From: an uncultured Candidatus Saccharibacteria bacterium
Lineage (GTDB): Bacteria; Patescibacteriota; Minisyncoccia; Phycocordibacterales; UBA5272
Reading direction: 5' to 3'
Assembly (NCBI GenBank): GCA_964538815.1
Contig: CAZIHL010000001.1
Coordinates: 1,070 to 65,069, forward strand
DNA: 64,000 nucleotides
Positions 47,729 through 56,898 of the stretch are shown here, piece by piece; positions within the stretch are counted from its first letter, which is position 1, and every line of letters starts with the position of its first letter. Position numbers and translations under genes: made by a program. The notes beneath the pieces are model-generated. The model saw only the letters and a program-made list of their open reading frames with translations, did no database searches and had not been told where the DNA came from.

Positions 47729-49471
47729 ATGAATTCTATTAAAAATTTTTTAGACAAAGAAAAAATTGAATGGCAAATAGATAAAAATATTTTAGAATCA
47801 TATAGTGAAGACACTAGTCTTTTTAAGATTTTACCAAAAATAGTTATTTTTCCAAAAAATAAATTTGATATTAGTAAACTTTTAAAATTTACGCATAAAA
47901 ATAATTTAGAAAATAAAAAAGAAGTTTATCATATAACTAGTAGAAGCGGTGGAACTGATATGTCTGGTGGAGCTATTGGGCAGTCAATAATACTTTCTTT
48001 TACAAAATACTTTAATCAAATTATTTCTGTAAATAAAAATACCAAAGAAGCAGTAGTAGAGCCTGGTGTGTATTATCGTGATTTTGAAAAAGAAACTTTG
48101 AAAAGTAATTTAATATTGCCAACATATCCAGCGTCCAGAGAAATCTGTGCTCTTGGTGGAATGATTTCAAATAATTCTGGAGGAGAGAAAAGTTTAATTT
48201 ACGGTAAAACAGAAGACTATGTTTTGGAGCTAGAAACTATTTTAAGTAATGGAGAAATTGTTAATTTTAAAGCTTTAAATAAAGAGGAATTTTTAAATAA
48301 ATTAGATAGTTTAGACCAAAACTCTTTAGAATATAAAATATATAAAGAAATTGAGGAGCTGATTTCAAAAGAAGAAAATAAATCTACAATAGAAAAGAAT
48401 AAACCTATTACTTCTAAAAATTCAGCTGGATATTATCTTTGGAATATCTTGAGAGAAGAAAATGGTCAGAAGATTTTTGATTTAACTAAGCTTTTAACTG
48501 GATCACAAGGCACTCTAGGAATAATTACAAAAATAAAAGTAAAATTAGTAGAGCCAAGAAAATATTCAAAAATGTTACTTATCTTTTTGAAAGATTTGAA
48601 AGATTTAAGAAATGTACGAGATATTATTATTAAATATTCTCCAGAAAGCTTTGAAAGTTATGATGACAAAACTTTCAAAGTTGCTATGAAATTTCTTCCA
48701 GTATTTTTGAAAAATATTTTTAATAAAAATAAAGATAGTGACAAAAAAGTAAATTTCTTAAAATTAGCATTTTCATTTTGGAGAGAAATAAAGCTACTTT
48801 TAACTTTTAGTATGCCAAAATTATTTTTAATTGCTGAGTTTACAGGAGATAGTGAAAAAGAAATAATTCAAAATATACTTCTTTGTAAAAAAGAATTAAA
48901 TTTAAAAAATAAAAATATTAAAACTAGATTTGTAAAAACAGAATTTGAAAGAGAGAAATTTTGGACTATAAGAAGAGAAAGTTTTAATCTTTTAAGACAA
49001 AAAGTAAAAGGTATGCATACTGCTCCATTTATAGATGATATAGTGGTAAAAGGTGAAGATTTAGAATCATTTTTAAATGAATTAATACCTATACTTGATA
49101 AATATAAATTACTTTATACTATAGCAGGTCATGTAGCAGATGGTAATTTACATATTATTCCACTTATGAATTTTGATGATAAAGAAATAATAAATAAAAA
49201 TATAGAAATTATTAAAAGCTGTAGTCATGAAGTATATAGCTTAATAAAAAAATATCATGGTTCTATCACGGGAGAACATAATGACGGGCTCATTCGTACA
49301 GCATATTTAGGAGAAATGTATGATGAGAACATGTTAAATCTTTTCAAAGAGGTTAAAAATATTTTTGATAAAAATAATATACTGAATCCTGGTAAAAAAG
49401 TTCCTATAAATGATAATCCAGAAATAGAGATTAATAATAATTTTAAATTTATAAAATTTGGAAGAGAGTAA
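47729..49471 (+). CDS. FAD-binding oxidoreductase (GlcD/D-lactate dehydrogenase-like)
   Basis: RSGGTDMSG, GSQGTLGII, GHVADGNLH, GEHNDG, NILNPGK. Confidence 0.88.
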   Translation: MNSIKNFLDKEKIEWQIDKNILESYSEDTSLFKILPKIVIFPKNKFDISKLLKFTHKNNLENKKEVYHITSRSGGTDMSGGAIGQSIILSFTKYFNQIISVNKNTKEAVVEPGVYYRDFEKETLKSNLILPTYPASREICALGGMISNNSGGEKSLIYGKTEDYVLELETILSNGEIVNFKALNKEEFLNKLDSLDQNSLEYKIYKEIEELISKEENKSTIEKNKPITSKNSAGYYLWNILREENGQKIFDLTKLLTGSQGTLGIITKIKVKLVEPRKYSKMLLIFLKDLKDLRNVRDIIIKYSPESFESYDDKTFKVAMKFLPVFLKNIFNKNKDSDKKVNFLKLAFSFWREIKLLLTFSMPKLFLIAEFTGDSEKEIIQNILLCKKELNLKNKNIKTRFVKTEFEREKFWTIRRESFNLLRQKVKGMHTAPFIDDIVVKGEDLESFLNELIPILDKYKLLYTIAGHVADGNLHIIPLMNFDDKEIINKNIEIIKSCSHEVYSLIKKYHGSITGEHNDGLIRTAYLGEMYDENMLNLFKEVKNIFDKNNILNPGKKVPINDNPEIEINNNFKFIKFGRE

Positions 49472-49548
49472 TAGAGATTATTTAATAAGATAGACTTGTC
49501 AAGTTAAAAATCTCTTTAATTTTCATGATAAAATTTAACTAGAATAAT

Positions 49549-50625
49549 ATGAAAAAAGTAGCTATAAATGGTTTTGGAAGAATTGGAAGAGCTTTTTTGA
49601 AGTTGGCTTTAACTTCTTCATCTACTAGTAAAGATATAGATATTGTTTGTATAAATGATTTGGGAGATTTGGAAAATATGATTTATCTTTTAAAACATGA
49701 TTCAGTATACAGACAAAAAGTTTTTAAAAGTGTAGAAAGTAAAAATGTTAGTGAGCAAGAAAAATATTTAATTATAGAACTTTTAAATGGTGAGAAAAAA
49801 GAAATTAGATTTATTTCAGAAAAAGATACGAATAATTTTGTACAAAATAAAATTTGGGCTAATTTTGGAGTAGATATTGTAGTTGAATGTACAGGAGTTT
49901 TTGTGAGTGCTGATAAATCATATTTTCATATTGAAAGCGGAGCAAAGAGAGTTGTGTTGTCTGCACCAGCAAAAGATGAAAAGGGAGCTATGCGACAAAG
50001 TGAAACCGTCTTAATGGGTATAAATGAGGACAAATTAAATGCTTGTCCTATAACTAGTAATGCTTCTTGTACTACAAATTCCGCTTCGCCAGTACTCGCA
50101 ATTTTAGATGAAGCTGTCGGAATAGAAAAAGCAATTTTAAATACGGTTCACTCTTATACAGCTTCACAGTCTATTGTGGATGGACCAAATAAAAAAGATT
50201 GGCGTGAAGGACGGGCAGGGGCGCAAAATATTGTACCAAGTACCACAGGAGCAGCTATTGCTGTCACAAAAGCATTTACAAAATTAGAAGGACTTTTTGA
50301 TGGTATATCTATTCGTGTACCAAGTGTAGCTGGAAGTATTGTGGATCTTACTTTTATAACAAAAAGAAATACTAGCGTAGAAGAAGTTAATAGAATTTTA
50401 GAAAATGCAGCCCAAACTGACAGATGGAAAAATATTTTTGCGGTTTCAAGAGAAGAGTTAGTTTCTACTGATATTCTTGGTCTAAGATATGCAAGTATTG
50501 CTGACCTCAAAATGACAAAAGTTGTTGGCGGAAATCTTGTAAAAGTATTATCTTGGTATGATAATGAAATCGGATATACGCAGACTTTAGTAGATCATGT
50601 GGTGAAAGTTAGTAAAATTATATAA
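49549..50625 (+). CDS. gap: Type I glyceraldehyde-3-phosphate dehydrogenase
   Basis: INGFGRIGR, SNASCTTN, WYDNE. Confidence 0.97.
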   Translation: MKKVAINGFGRIGRAFLKLALTSSSTSKDIDIVCINDLGDLENMIYLLKHDSVYRQKVFKSVESKNVSEQEKYLIIELLNGEKKEIRFISEKDTNNFVQNKIWANFGVDIVVECTGVFVSADKSYFHIESGAKRVVLSAPAKDEKGAMRQSETVLMGINEDKLNACPITSNASCTTNSASPVLAILDEAVGIEKAILNTVHSYTASQSIVDGPNKKDWREGRAGAQNIVPSTTGAAIAVTKAFTKLEGLFDGISIRVPSVAGSIVDLTFITKRNTSVEEVNRILENAAQTDRWKNIFAVSREELVSTDILGLRYASIADLKMTKVVGGNLVKVLSWYDNEIGYTQTLVDHVVKVSKII

Positions 50626-50648
50626 TGATTTTATGGAATGTGGATAAT

Positions 50649-50675
50649 TGGGCGGTGGCCGAAGGCCACCGCCCA
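50649..50675. repeat. Perfect 12-bp GC-rich hairpin with GAA loop, next to a DnaA box (50639-50647)
   Basis: TGGGCGGTGGCC-GAA-GGCCACCGCCCA; TGTGGATAA immediately upstream. Confidence 0.75.
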
Positions 50676-50700
50676 TAATTTATAGTATAATTAACCTATT

Positions 50701-51315
50701 ATGAAGATATATTTAGCAACCGATCATGCAGGATTTGAAATGAAAGAAGCAGTAAAACTCTTTTTAGAGATTGAGAAGGATGATTTATTGGTAGAGCTTA
50801 CAAAGGCTGGTAAAGTAATTCAAAATATTGAGATAATAGATTTTGGTGCATATAAATATGATGAAAATGATGATTATCCAAAATTTATCTCTGCTTGTGC
50901 AGGAGCATTGTCTGCTGATGTATATATTGGAAAAAAAGAAAATTTAGGAATTATTTTTGGTGGTTCTGGGCAAGGAGAATCTGTGGTGGCTGATAAATAT
51001 AAAGGTGTAAGAGCAGGAGTTATAAATAATGAAAATCTTGAACTTGTTAAACTTTTGCGTGCTCATAATAATGCAAATATCCTTTCAATAGGAGCTAGAT
51101 TTGTAAGTGAAAATTTTGCAAAAGAGGCGGTAAAGACTTTTATTCTTACTAAATTTGAAGAAAAAGATAATGAAGGTAAAGAGACTCGTCACGAAAGAAG
51201 GATTGATGAAATAGAAGAGATTGAAAACATAAATATGGATACAAAAGTATCAGGGGAAGAGTTGGAAGAATTAAAGGAATTAGAGTCGATGAGAATGGCT
51301 ACAACTCAGAATTAA
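50701..51315 (+). CDS. rpiB: Ribose-5-phosphate isomerase B
   Basis: DHAGFE, DDYP, GGSGQGE, HNNANILSIGAR, RHERR. Confidence 0.92.
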   Translation: MKIYLATDHAGFEMKEAVKLFLEIEKDDLLVELTKAGKVIQNIEIIDFGAYKYDENDDYPKFISACAGALSADVYIGKKENLGIIFGGSGQGESVVADKYKGVRAGVINNENLELVKLLRAHNNANILSIGARFVSENFAKEAVKTFILTKFEEKDNEGKETRHERRIDEIEEIENINMDTKVSGEELEELKELESMRMATTQN

Positions 51316-51316
51316 T

Positions 51317-52027
51317 ATGAAAATTATACCAGCTATTTTGGAAAAAGATTTTCAATCTCTTGAAAGAAAATTAGATTTTCTTTTATTTCTCAAAAAAAAA
51401 TACAATATTAGTTTCGATACAGTACAAATAGATCTTTGCGATGGTAAATTTGTAGAAAATAATACATGGCTTCCAAATATTGAGAACAAAGAAGAAATAG
51501 AAAAAATTCTTTTTTATAGAGATATTTTTAATATTGAATATCATATAATGTGCGAAAATCAATATAAATATTTTTTAGAATTAAAAGATTTAAAAGCAAA
51601 AAGAATAGTTATTCATATTGATGAAATTTGGAATACTGAAGAGTTGAGAAAAATTTTAGAAGACGCTAAGGAGAATTTTATTAAAATCTTAATATCTTCA
51701 AAATTAGATTTTATGAGTATTCATAGAGAGGATATTATTTCATTTTTACATAAACATACAAATATAGATTTACAAATTATGGGGATAGATAGAATTGGTG
51801 TACAAGGAGGTGAATTTGATGAAAAATGTATTTCTTTAATAAGATTTTTCAGAAAGAATTTCAAAGAGAAGGAGTTATATATACAAGTAGATGGATCAAT
51901 GAATGATAATACTGTCTCTTTAGTCTCCAAGGTTGGTGCAAATACTTCTGTTGTTGGATCATATCTTATGAAGGATTTAAATGAGATGAAATTTGTTTCC
52001 AGATATAGAGAAATCTTAAATTTATAA
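51317..52027 (+). CDS. rpe: Ribulose-phosphate 3-epimerase (divergent)
   Basis: IIPAIL, QIDLCDGKFV, EYHIM, QVDGS, VVGS. Confidence 0.8.
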   Translation: MKIIPAILEKDFQSLERKLDFLLFLKKKYNISFDTVQIDLCDGKFVENNTWLPNIENKEEIEKILFYRDIFNIEYHIMCENQYKYFLELKDLKAKRIVIHIDEIWNTEELRKILEDAKENFIKILISSKLDFMSIHREDIISFLHKHTNIDLQIMGIDRIGVQGGEFDEKCISLIRFFRKNFKEKELYIQVDGSMNDNTVSLVSKVGANTSVVGSYLMKDLNEMKFVSRYREILNL

Positions 52028-52061
52028 TATCTGTTTTGGCTTATGATATAATTAAGCTATT

Positions 52062-52724
52062 ATGAAGAGTCTCACACAAGATGAAATAGAAGCATTGAAA
52101 AGAGTGAAAGAAGATGTGGATATTACTATCGATACCAAGTTTAAAGATTTTGATGAGATAGTCAAAAGAAATTTAAAATCTCTTTCAGCAATATTTGTAG
52201 CTTTGTTTTTCAGATCTCTGAATCATGATCCAAAAAAGGAAGATTGGAAAAATAGAGATTATGTATTTCCAACAAATAATTATGCAAATATTGTAAAAAA
52301 TATAGTAAAAGTTCATGCTGGCTATGGAAACTTTTTTGAAATTGAAAATTATTTAAAAGAATTTAATTTTAATAAAACTGAAAATACTTTTGGTGATGCA
52401 ATAGGGTATTACACTTTAGCGAGAGACATTGGCGATAAACATGAAAGATTTTACTATGTCATAACTAGCGGACTTGATCTTCTAAATAATATTTCTGCTT
52501 TAGAGTTTATTCTCAAGAATAAAATGAAAAGAATTATTATAATCGCTTATACAGATACAGATTATGAAAGTGTTACCAAAGAAAATAAATTAAGTGGGAG
52601 ACTTTTAAATCTTGGTTTTGACACTTTAGTAATAAATGGAGGAAGTCCTGAATATATTTGTGATTCAATAGCTTATGCTAAAAATCTTGATAAGCCAGCT
52701 GTGATTTTAGCTAATATAAAATAA
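52062..52724 (+). CDS. Transketolase N-terminal subunit-like (degenerate)
   Basis: LNHDPKKEDWKNRD and KPAVILAN motifs plus operon context; no GDG ThDP motif. Confidence 0.6.
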   Translation: MKSLTQDEIEALKRVKEDVDITIDTKFKDFDEIVKRNLKSLSAIFVALFFRSLNHDPKKEDWKNRDYVFPTNNYANIVKNIVKVHAGYGNFFEIENYLKEFNFNKTENTFGDAIGYYTLARDIGDKHERFYYVITSGLDLLNNISALEFILKNKMKRIIIIAYTDTDYESVTKENKLSGRLLNLGFDTLVINGGSPEYICDSIAYAKNLDKPAVILANIK

Positions 52725-52735
52725 AAATATAAAAT

Positions 52736-53773
52736 ATGTTGAATAAAAATCTATTTGATAAAAATAAAGAAGAGTATAAAGATATGGTCGAGTCTAGTTT
52801 TTTTACTTTAGCTGAATTTTCTGATGATATAAATATTGTTTTAAAGGTTGATAATCTTGAAGAACCAAGTGGAAATGTGAGACATATTTTTAGGGCGGAA
52901 GAAGCAGTACAAATTACAAGTGTAATTTCTAAAAATCAAAATAAAAATGTATTTTTAGTAAATGAAGCATTTAATGATAATCTCAAAAATATCAGTACAA
53001 GTCTTATGGATAATTTTTATAAGCTTTATTCTGGCTTTACTAAAGTCTTACCTAGAAGTGGAGAAACTATGAATCTTGCACTTTTAAATATGCAATGCCC
53101 ACTCGTACATCATGAGAATGATTTGGCAGCAGCGCTTTATTTGAATAGTCGCGAAACAATAAATGATATTGCGATGCTCAGAAATTTGGGCGGTATTAAT
53201 ATTTTTGTGCCGAGCGATAGTGAAGAAGCAAGTTATCTTTTAAAAGTTGTAGAAAAAAATTTCTTTAAGCCGGGTAGGACAAATTTTTCATATTTCAAGC
53301 TTTCTAGTGAAGGTAGTCCAAAAATATTTGATGAAAATTATTTTAATAAAGACGGACACATAAAAGAGTGGAGTGGTATGCCAGAAATAGTTTATTTTTC
53401 TAAAAATTTAGATGCTCAATACGATGTTTCAATAATAGCTTGTGGACCTATTTTGTATAATGCAATTTTAGCCGCTAAAGAGCTTGAAGAAATGAATTAT
53501 AAAGTGACAGTTTTAAATATGTCACTATTAGCATCAAGCAGTGAATATATAAATGAAAAAATAAAAGCTTTTATAAATCATTTTACTGATAATCATACAA
53601 ATATTGTGACGGTCGAAGAACATTCAAAAATTGGAGGACTTGGGAGTTTGATTGCTGAAATTACTTCTGAAAATAAAAATAGAGCTAATGTACGGGTAGA
53701 AAGACTGGGTATTGAAGATAATCTTTCACCAAGAGGAATTATTGCAAAATGTGAAGAGGCAGTAGGGTATTAA
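52736..53773 (+). CDS. Transketolase C-terminal subunit-like (degenerate)
   Basis: DIAMLR...PSD, DVSIIACG, VTVEEHSKIGGLGS. Confidence 0.75.
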   Translation: MLNKNLFDKNKEEYKDMVESSFFTLAEFSDDINIVLKVDNLEEPSGNVRHIFRAEEAVQITSVISKNQNKNVFLVNEAFNDNLKNISTSLMDNFYKLYSGFTKVLPRSGETMNLALLNMQCPLVHHENDLAAALYLNSRETINDIAMLRNLGGINIFVPSDSEEASYLLKVVEKNFFKPGRTNFSYFKLSSEGSPKIFDENYFNKDGHIKEWSGMPEIVYFSKNLDAQYDVSIIACGPILYNAILAAKELEEMNYKVTVLNMSLLASSSEYINEKIKAFINHFTDNHTNIVTVEEHSKIGGLGSLIAEITSENKNRANVRVERLGIEDNLSPRGIIAKCEEAVGY

Positions 53774-53805
53774 AAATATTATAATGTGATATACTCTTTC
53801 AAAGT

Positions 53806-55119
53806 ATGAAAGAATTTTCTTTTTCTATTAGTAAAAAATCAAAAGAAGCACCTTTCGCAAGAGTGGGAGTTATTCATACGCCTCATGGAGATATTGAAAC
53901 TCCAGCTTTTATTCCAGTTGGGACAAAAGCGACAATTAAAAGTATTTTGCCAGAGGATTTTCAAAAATATGTTGGCGCTGGCGCATGTCTAGCTAATACA
54001 TATCATCTTTATCTTGAGCCAGGTAGTGAAATAGTAAAAAATCATAGTGGCTTTGCAAAGATGATGAATTACAATGGGCCTACCTTTACAGATTCAGGAG
54101 GTTTTCAAGTATTTTCTCTTGGAGCTGCTATGGGAGTAGGGGTTTCTAAAATTGCTAAAAGAGAAGATCTTACAAATCAAAATATTGATAAAAATCTAGA
54201 AAATAAAAATGAAGAAAATATTTTTTTTAAAAAAATAAAAGTTTTTTTCATTTCAATTTTTAGTAAAAATAAAAAAGAAGAAAAACAAAAATCTTTAGTA
54301 AAAATTTCTGAAAATGGGGTCGAATTTAGAAGTGTGTTTGATGGTAGTAAACATTTTTTTACTCCAGAAAAATCTATGGAGATTCAACATGACTTGGGAG
54401 GAGATATATTTTTCGCTTTTGATGAATGCACTAGTCCGCTTGCTAATTATGATTATCAGGTGGAAGCTCTTGAAAGGACGCATCGCTGGGCAAAAAGATC
54501 GCTCGCACATCATATTAAATTGGGTAAAAGTGAAGCGACAAATCAAATACAAGCACTTTATGCAGTAGTTCAAGGTGGTGCATTTGATGAGCTTCGTAAA
54601 CAGAGTGCTATAACTCTGGGAGAGATGAATATAGATGGGAAATATTTTGATGGTTTTGGTATTGGTGGAAGTTTTACAAAAGAGGATATGGCTAAAACTG
54701 TTAAAATTTCTACTGAAAACTTGCCGGAGGATAAACCAAGACACTTACTTGGAATTGGAGAGATTGAAGACTTATTTTTAGGAGTAGAGTATGGGATAGA
54801 TACTTTTGATTGTGTGACACCAACCAGGCTTGCGAGAAATGGGTCAATTTATACAAAGGAAGGAAGAATAAATATTTTTAATAGTAAATATAAAGAAGAC
54901 TATAGTCCTGTATGTAATGATCCTACTTGCTATGCTCACAAATACACAAAAAGCTATCTTGCACATCTATTTCGTAGTAAAGAAATGGTAGCAGCTACTA
55001 TTGCTTCACTTCACAATCTTCACTTTATAGTCCACCTTGTAAAAGATATTAGACAAAGCTTAATAGAAGATAGATTTTTTGAATTTAAAAGAGAAGTTTT
55101 AGAAAAATTTAAAAATTAA
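53806..55119 (+). CDS. tgt: tRNA-guanine transglycosylase
   Basis: TPAFIPVGT, NTYHL, TDSGGFQVFSL, FDCVTPTR. Confidence 0.95.
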   Translation: MKEFSFSISKKSKEAPFARVGVIHTPHGDIETPAFIPVGTKATIKSILPEDFQKYVGAGACLANTYHLYLEPGSEIVKNHSGFAKMMNYNGPTFTDSGGFQVFSLGAAMGVGVSKIAKREDLTNQNIDKNLENKNEENIFFKKIKVFFISIFSKNKKEEKQKSLVKISENGVEFRSVFDGSKHFFTPEKSMEIQHDLGGDIFFAFDECTSPLANYDYQVEALERTHRWAKRSLAHHIKLGKSEATNQIQALYAVVQGGAFDELRKQSAITLGEMNIDGKYFDGFGIGGSFTKEDMAKTVKISTENLPEDKPRHLLGIGEIEDLFLGVEYGIDTFDCVTPTRLARNGSIYTKEGRINIFNSKYKEDYSPVCNDPTCYAHKYTKSYLAHLFRSKEMVAATIASLHNLHFIVHLVKDIRQSLIEDRFFEFKREVLEKFKN

Positions 55120-55218
55120 ACCAGAAGTACAAAAAGTATTTAAATTGACCAATCTTTTAATATGTTATATATTCTATTTGGAAAAATATTTTTTAACAAT
55201 TAAAAATAATTATACATA

Positions 55219-55605
55219 ATGAAAAAATTATTCATAGCAGAAGATTTAAACTCTTTTTTACTATTCGATTTATTTGACAATAAAAATCTTTTTGTCAAAT
55301 ATACAGGAATACCAAATCAAAATTCTTTAATAATTCTTCCAGAAACTAAATATCCAGAAATTGTAAATATGGTAATGTATTTTCTTGATATGGAAGATAA
55401 TTTTATAATCGAAACTAAAAAAAACGATTTATTGTTTAACAATTTAATTTTGAGATTGGTATGTAATGTTAAGTGTAGTTATGTAGAAGTTTTAGCTAGA
55501 AAAATACCTTCTGGAAATATGGGAAGATTTGAAAAATGGGTGGTTTATGAACCATCTGAAAAAGACTATATTCTTTCACAAATAATCTTTGAAAAAAAAT
55601 ATTAA
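55219..55605 (+). CDS. Hypothetical protein
   Basis: 128-aa ORF with its own TTGACC-17-TATATT promoter and a terminator near 55628-55650. Confidence 0.6.
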   Translation: MKKLFIAEDLNSFLLFDLFDNKNLFVKYTGIPNQNSLIILPETKYPEIVNMVMYFLDMEDNFIIETKKNDLLFNNLILRLVCNVKCSYVEVLARKIPSGNMGRFEKWVVYEPSEKDYILSQIIFEKKY

Positions 55606-55680
55606 TTTTCTTATTTTTAAAAGTAGTAAAGGAGTGATAACTCCTTTTTCTTTTTATTTAATTTTTGATATCATTTAATT

Positions 55681-56691
55681 ATGAAAATAAATATTTTTAT
55701 AAAAATATTTTTGATAATTATTATCTTAACGACTGCATATTTTTTCTTAAATGAAAGATTAGGTAATCAGTACTATTCGAATAAAGAAGAAAATATACAA
55801 GAAAATGATAAAAATATTAAAAGTAATGAATTAAATTTATTATTTGTGGGTGATGTAATGTTTGATAGATATATTCGTAAGAAAATAAATGAGGCAAGTG
55901 GAGCAGAAGATTTTGTAAAAAGTTTTTTGACCAATTTAAGTATTGAAAATAAAAAGTATGATTATGTGGTGGCAAATCTTGAAGGACCTATTACAAAAAA
56001 TAAAAGTAAAACTTTAAATGATGATGGCGCTTATGGAAAAGAGTTAATCTTTACTTTTCCTGTAAGTACTATAGAGATTTTAAAACTTTTGAATATTAAA
56101 GTTGTCTCTCTTGCTAATAATCATACAGATAATTTTTACTATGAAGGATTTCAAAGTACTATTAATTTTTTAGAAAAGGGAAAGATGGATTATTTTGGTA
56201 ATCCATATAACTCATCAAAAGATGGACTTTCTAAAATAGTTTGCGAGAACAATATTTGTATTGGATATATTGCCTATAATCAGTTTACTGCAGAAAATAG
56301 TCCGGAGATAATTGTAAATGAAATTAAAAAATTAAAAGAAGATAAAAATTTAGATTTTGTGGTTGTCTTTTCACATTGGGGAGAAGAGTATAAATTAAAA
56401 GCAAATTCTACTCAAACAAATTATGCTCATAAGTGGATAGATGCTGGAGCAGATTTAATTATTGGAGCCCATCCACATGTTATACAAAATGATGAAATAT
56501 ATAAAGACAAATATATTTATTATTCTGTTGGAAATTATATTTTTGATCAGTGGTTTGATAAAGATGTTTCAAAAGGTTTGGGTCTTAATTTTAAATTTAG
56601 TAAAAATGAAAACGGAGATAAAAAGATTAAATTAATAAAAGAGTTAAATACAAACATTAGTAAAGAAGGAGTAAAATATCTAGAAGATTAG
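55681..56691 (+). CDS. CapA-family metallophosphoesterase with N-terminal TM
   Basis: VGDVM, NLEGP, LANNH, HWGEE, GAHPHV, YSVGNYIF. Confidence 0.92.
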   Translation: MKINIFIKIFLIIIILTTAYFFLNERLGNQYYSNKEENIQENDKNIKSNELNLLFVGDVMFDRYIRKKINEASGAEDFVKSFLTNLSIENKKYDYVVANLEGPITKNKSKTLNDDGAYGKELIFTFPVSTIEILKLLNIKVVSLANNHTDNFYYEGFQSTINFLEKGKMDYFGNPYNSSKDGLSKIVCENNICIGYIAYNQFTAENSPEIIVNEIKKLKEDKNLDFVVVFSHWGEEYKLKANSTQTNYAHKWIDAGADLIIGAHPHVIQNDEIYKDKYIYYSVGNYIFDQWFDKDVSKGLGLNFKFSKNENGDKKIKLIKELNTNISKEGVKYLED

Positions 56692-56709
56692 TTGTGGTAT
56701 AATCTTCAT

Positions 56710-56844
56710 ATATTAAAAATTGACGACAAAGCTCCAAATTTTAGTTTAGAAGATCAGAACGGTATAAGATATTCTCTTTCAGAATTTTTAAATAAAGATA
56801 AAAAAGTACATACTGATGAGGTGAAGGGTGATGTGGTGCAATAA
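56710..56844 (+). pseudogene. Remnant of a peroxiredoxin (Bcp/AhpC-TSA) gene with the middle deleted
   Basis: (ATA)LKIDDKAPNFSLEDQNGIRYSLSEFLNKDKKV joined in frame to HTDEVKGDVVQ*. Catalytic core missing. TGGTATAAT lies 6 nt upstream. Confidence 0.7.
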
Positions 56845-56898
56845 AATCTTAAAAATATTTAACTTTTTCTTCTATTTAATTTTTGATATCATTTAAAA

